From Macrostomum lignano (Eukaryota), in contig NIVC01001023.1 of the NCBI GenBank assembly GCA_002269645.1, positions 248,001 through 312,000 on the forward strand: 64,000 nucleotides of DNA. The letters run 5' to 3'. Position 1 is the stretch's first letter. The number at the start of each line of letters is the position of its first letter. The position numbers and the translations under genes are program-made. This document shows, in pieces, positions 60,801 through 64,000 of the stretch. The notes under the pieces were generated by a model. That model did no database searches and had not been told where the DNA came from. It saw only the letters and a program-made list of their open reading frames with translations.

Positions 60801-63752
60801 AAGCCTTGCTTTACCTGTGAAAGCAATTTCGACATTATTTACAAATCTTTCAGAAGCAATTCGTGTATTGAGCTACGAGCGAGCGGAAACTGACCAGGGA
60901 CTTCCTTGAAGTTGTCTGGATTGGAAACGAGATATATATATAATGCCATAAAATCTAGACTTCCACATCCAGTAGAGCTCTTAGAAGGCCTTGACTTTTC
61001 CCAAAATTAATCCAGTCCAGGAAGAGCTCTAGGAGTCCATGACATTTTCAAAATTAGCGTTCAGTCTACGAGAACTCTAGAATTAAAGTCAAAGTCCTCG
61101 GCTTTTCGCAGGCTACAGTCCAGTCAAAAGAAAGCTTAAGGAATCCATGACTTTTCCTAAACTAGCGTCCAGTCCAGGGACAGCTTTAGGAGTCCTTGGC
61201 TTTTCCTAAACTAGCGTTCAATCCAGGGAGAGCTCTAGGAGTCCTTGGCTTTTCCTAAACTAGCGTCCAGTCCAGGGAGAGCTCTAGGAGTCCTTGGCTT
61301 TTCCTAAACTAGCGTCCACTCAAGGAAAGCTCAAACAGCCAATGTTCGAAGTGTGATCGAAAGAGAAATCTACTTCTATAAAAATGTCATATTTTCAGTT
61401 TAATGATTTAACGTAAAAAGTTTATTTAATAAAAAACAGATATTTCAACTTATTTCATATTCCATTTATTAGTAATTCCAGATTTTATTATTAAAAATTA
61501 TAATCCTAAGTATAAGTTTCTAAAAATAAATTGCCTTGAATTTTATGCCCCCCCCCCACATTGTGCGAGAGGTGGACAGCTGCACTGACTGACTCATCGT
61601 GAGACAAGGCAAGGCTGAGGTGGTGGGGTCACAGGAACAATAAAGAGAGGAGAGAGAGATGGGCTAAGGAAACCTCGAGACTCAAACGAGCACATTGGCA
61701 CAATAATAGTAGGTAGGCCAATTTTTAGAAAGCTATAAATAAACTGACTGGACAAAAGCATTGCACACACACAGACCAGCAGAGCAAGAATGATGCAGCT
61801 ACAGAAGCTTCTCAATCTGGCGCTATTGCTAGCAGTTTTGCTAGCAGGCAGAGCACACAGCTCAGATGATGCAGGACAGCCAGCACCGGAGTCAGACTCT
61901 CCAGACTCCGAGGATTTCACTCCGGAGCAGCTAGCCAAGGCCCGGTCCAATTTGGACAAACTTTTCGACGAGAAACTGGACGCAAATCGAGACGGGAAGG
62001 TGAGCCGTCAGGAGCTGATTGCATGGCTGGCAGAAGCCAACAGACAGCAGGCTGCTAGAGAGCTGGATGAGACCTGGCAAGCCTACAACCTGACCACTGA
62101 TGGAGCAGACAGCTTCCTGGACTGGGACAGTCACGCTGCTCGCCGAGCTGCAAGCGTGGACACTGGAACCGCTTCCGGCTCGGAAGAGGAAAAGGCAAAA
62201 GCCAAGCAACAGCAGCAGGCGGAGTTCCAAGCCGAGGTGAAACGAGCTATTGATGAGGCTAGCAAGGAGACTGGGATTGACAAAGCCGGCATCAATGTTG
62301 GCGTGCCGCAGATGCCACCTCCTGAGACACCGGAGCCGACAAAGTCAACAAGAACGGAAGCTGACGGCGGCGGCAGCGAGGCGGAGCATCAGCATCGGCT
62401 GGCGGTGGAACTCGGCCGCGATCGCCGACGCTGGGAAGCCGCCGACGAGGACGGCGACGGCCGGTTGAATCGGCGCGAATTTGCGGCGTTCGCCCTGGCC
62501 GAAGGGGCCGCCGAGGGCGCTGCCGCAGCCTCGCCCGCAATGCGCCGGGTGCTGGCGCTGGAGGCCATGGAGCGGCTGGACTCGGACGGCGATGGCCGAG
62601 TGTCTCTGGCCGAGTTCCTGGCCGGAGCACCGGCCGCAACCGATCCCAAAGCGCCGGACGAGGACGCCAAGAATTTCAAGGACGTCTGGGATGTGAACAA
62701 GGACGGCTATATGGACGCGGAGGAGATGGAGAAGATGCTGGATTATGTGGACTCGGCTGGACCGGCTCACAGCAAGGAGGCTGAGGCTGAAGCTGAGGCG
62801 GCTGAGCTGGCTGATGAAGCTGACAGGCTGATGAAGACGGTCGATTCAAACCTGGACGGCGGTCTGAGCAAAGACGAGGTGCTGGCGAGACTGACGGACT
62901 TCGCCGGCTCCGCTGCTACGGACTACGGCAGCTCGATTGGCATCCATGATGAGCTGTGACGCCTCACAGCTGACTGAGTAGGACTCAATATGCTGAGTAG
63001 GACTGAAGATGCTGAGTAGGACTGAAGATGCTGAGTAGGACTAAAGATGCTGAGTAGGACTGAATATGCTGAGTAGTACTGAAGATGCTGAGTAGGACTG
63101 AAGATGCTGAGTAGGACTGAATATGCTGAGTAGTACTGAAGATGCTGAGTAGGACTGAAGATGCTGAGTAGGACTAAAGATGCTGAGTAGGACTGAAGAT
63201 GCCGAGTAGGACTCAATAGCTGACTAGGACTGAAGATGCTGAGTAGTACTGAAGATGCTGAGTAGGACTGAAGATGCTGAGTAGGACTCAATATGCTGAG
63301 TAGAACTCAAGATGCTGAGTAGTACTGAAGATGCTGAGTAGGACTCAAGATGCTGAGTAGAACTCAAGATGCTGAGTAGGACTTAAGATGCTGAGTGGGA
63401 CTCTTGATGTCAACAAGTGCTCGAATAAATACAATAAATAAGTCATTAACAATTTTCGATGAGTCTAATGTAACAGTTCCTATTTTCGTATTTTATTTTT
63501 TCACTTCTTTTGTCCCCTAAAGGAAACTGGAAAAGTACAAATTCACTAACTCACCTTGAGTTCTATGCACAGAGACGGCCGACCTTCGAGCACGAACTTG
63601 TCAAGTTCGATAGGCAGGAAAGCCACATCCGATGTGATGATGGCCTCGTGATAATGCACATCGATGTCCTTTACCAGCCGGTTTTGGGGACGGAAGGGGC
63701 GCATCAGGGTGTTGATCTGGGTCAAGTACTCAGTGTCCGCGTGCAGCACTTC
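57879..63752 (-). CDS. IPPK: Inositol-pentakisphosphate 2-kinase; 5' exons lie outside the window
   Basis: Exons 63752-63555, 60814-60725, 60625-60567, 60473-60401, 59555-59107 and 58221-57879, with consistent phases (0,0,2,0,2). Motifs RPSLCIELK-VKQGF, CRFCLMQ, YCPCDLFSG, QNNLRVFKNG, AKDCSVML and VDLDPKP. Confidence 0.92.
58235..59092. repeat. Intronic 24-bp minisatellite in two homogeneous domains
   Basis: ATTCTCATG(A/G)ATCACTCATGACCG up to about 58540, then ATTCTCATGAATCACTCAGTGCAG. Confidence 0.96.
59640..60250. repeat. Intronic minisatellite, about 33-bp unit TTTCTAGGAAAGAGTGTACATTGAGGTTGGGTG
   Basis: Directly visible, degenerate at both ends. Confidence 0.92.
60960..61325. repeat. Degenerate 49-bp tandem repeat
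   Basis: TTTTCCTAAACTAGCG at 61201 and 61250; more diverged copies lie upstream. Confidence 0.8.
61790..62959 (+). CDS. CREC-family (calumenin/reticulocalbin-like) secretory-pathway EF-hand protein; intronless, nested antisense in an IPPK intron
   Basis: 389-aa ORF with a signal peptide, EF loops DANRDGKVSRQE, DEDGDGRLNRRE, DSDGDGRVSLAE, DVNKDGYMDAEE and DSNLDGGLSKDE, and C-terminal HDEL. TATA-like TATAAATA at 61734 and AATAAA at 63424. Confidence 0.92.
   Translation: MMQLQKLLNLALLLAVLLAGRAHSSDDAGQPAPESDSPDSEDFTPEQLAKARSNLDKLFDEKLDANRDGKVSRQELIAWLAEANRQQAARELDETWQAYNLTTDGADSFLDWDSHAARRAASVDTGTASGSEEEKAKAKQQQQAEFQAEVKRAIDEASKETGIDKAGINVGVPQMPPPETPEPTKSTRTEADGGGSEAEHQHRLAVELGRDRRRWEAADEDGDGRLNRREFAAFALAEGAAEGAAAASPAMRRVLALEAMERLDSDGDGRVSLAEFLAGAPAATDPKAPDEDAKNFKDVWDVNKDGYMDAEEMEKMLDYVDSAGPAHSKEAEAEAEAAELADEADRLMKTVDSNLDGGLSKDEVLARLTDFAGSAATDYGSSIGIHDEL
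62975..63400. repeat. 19-bp minisatellite GATGCTGAGTAGGACTGAA in the predicted 3' UTR of the CREC gene
   Basis: Period 19 (63001/63020). Confidence 0.95.
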
Positions 63753-63791
63753 CTGTTGGTGTTAGGGATTAGCCTGCTGTGTGATTGGGAT

Positions 63792-64000
63792 GACTGACTG
63801 CACTCTAAGCTACAAAGACCGGTTCTGTGGTGACTGACTGCACTCTAAGCTACAAAGACCGGTTCTGTGGTGACTGACTGCTCTCTAAGCTACAAAGACC
63901 GGTTCTGTGGTGACTGACTGCACTCTAAGCTACAAAGACCGGTGCTGTGATGACTGACTGCACTCTAAGCTACAAAGACCGGTTCTGTGATGACTGACTG
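63792..64000. repeat. Intronic 40-bp minisatellite GACTGACTGCACTCTAAGCTACAAAGACCGGTTCTGTGGT
   Basis: Period 40; runs off the 3' edge. Confidence 0.95.

Overview
Eukaryotic (animal) genomic DNA with GT-AG introns and many 13-49 bp minisatellites. This composition suggests a free-living flatworm such as Macrostomum (inference, not a database result). Exon-intron structures reconstructed by hand, with splice phases checked: the 3' part of a bifunctional hexose-6-phosphate dehydrogenase gene (H6PD, +); an ankyrin-repeat protein kinase (+); a Ly6/uPAR three-finger GPI-anchored protein (-); two paralogous PAN/Apple + C-type lectin genes (-); a tropomyosin gene (+); the 3' part of an inositol-pentakisphosphate 2-kinase gene (IPPK, -); and an intronless CREC-family EF-hand/HDEL gene (+) nested in an IPPK intron. 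Mobile DNA: two copies of a tRNA-derived SINE with target-site duplications, two Ty3/Gypsy integrase remnants (one with PPT and LTR), a truncated mariner and a decayed Crypton-type tyrosine recombinase. The most striking structure is the tropomyosin locus. Besides the canonical 284-aa path and an alternative short first exon, it holds a complete second set of exons for residues 125-284, only about 30% identical to the canonical set and interleaved exon by exon with it. The two sets have staggered exon boundaries that force coupled, mutually exclusive splicing. Both paths sum to exactly 855 nt. Most long ORFs in the supplied track are artefacts of tandem repeats.
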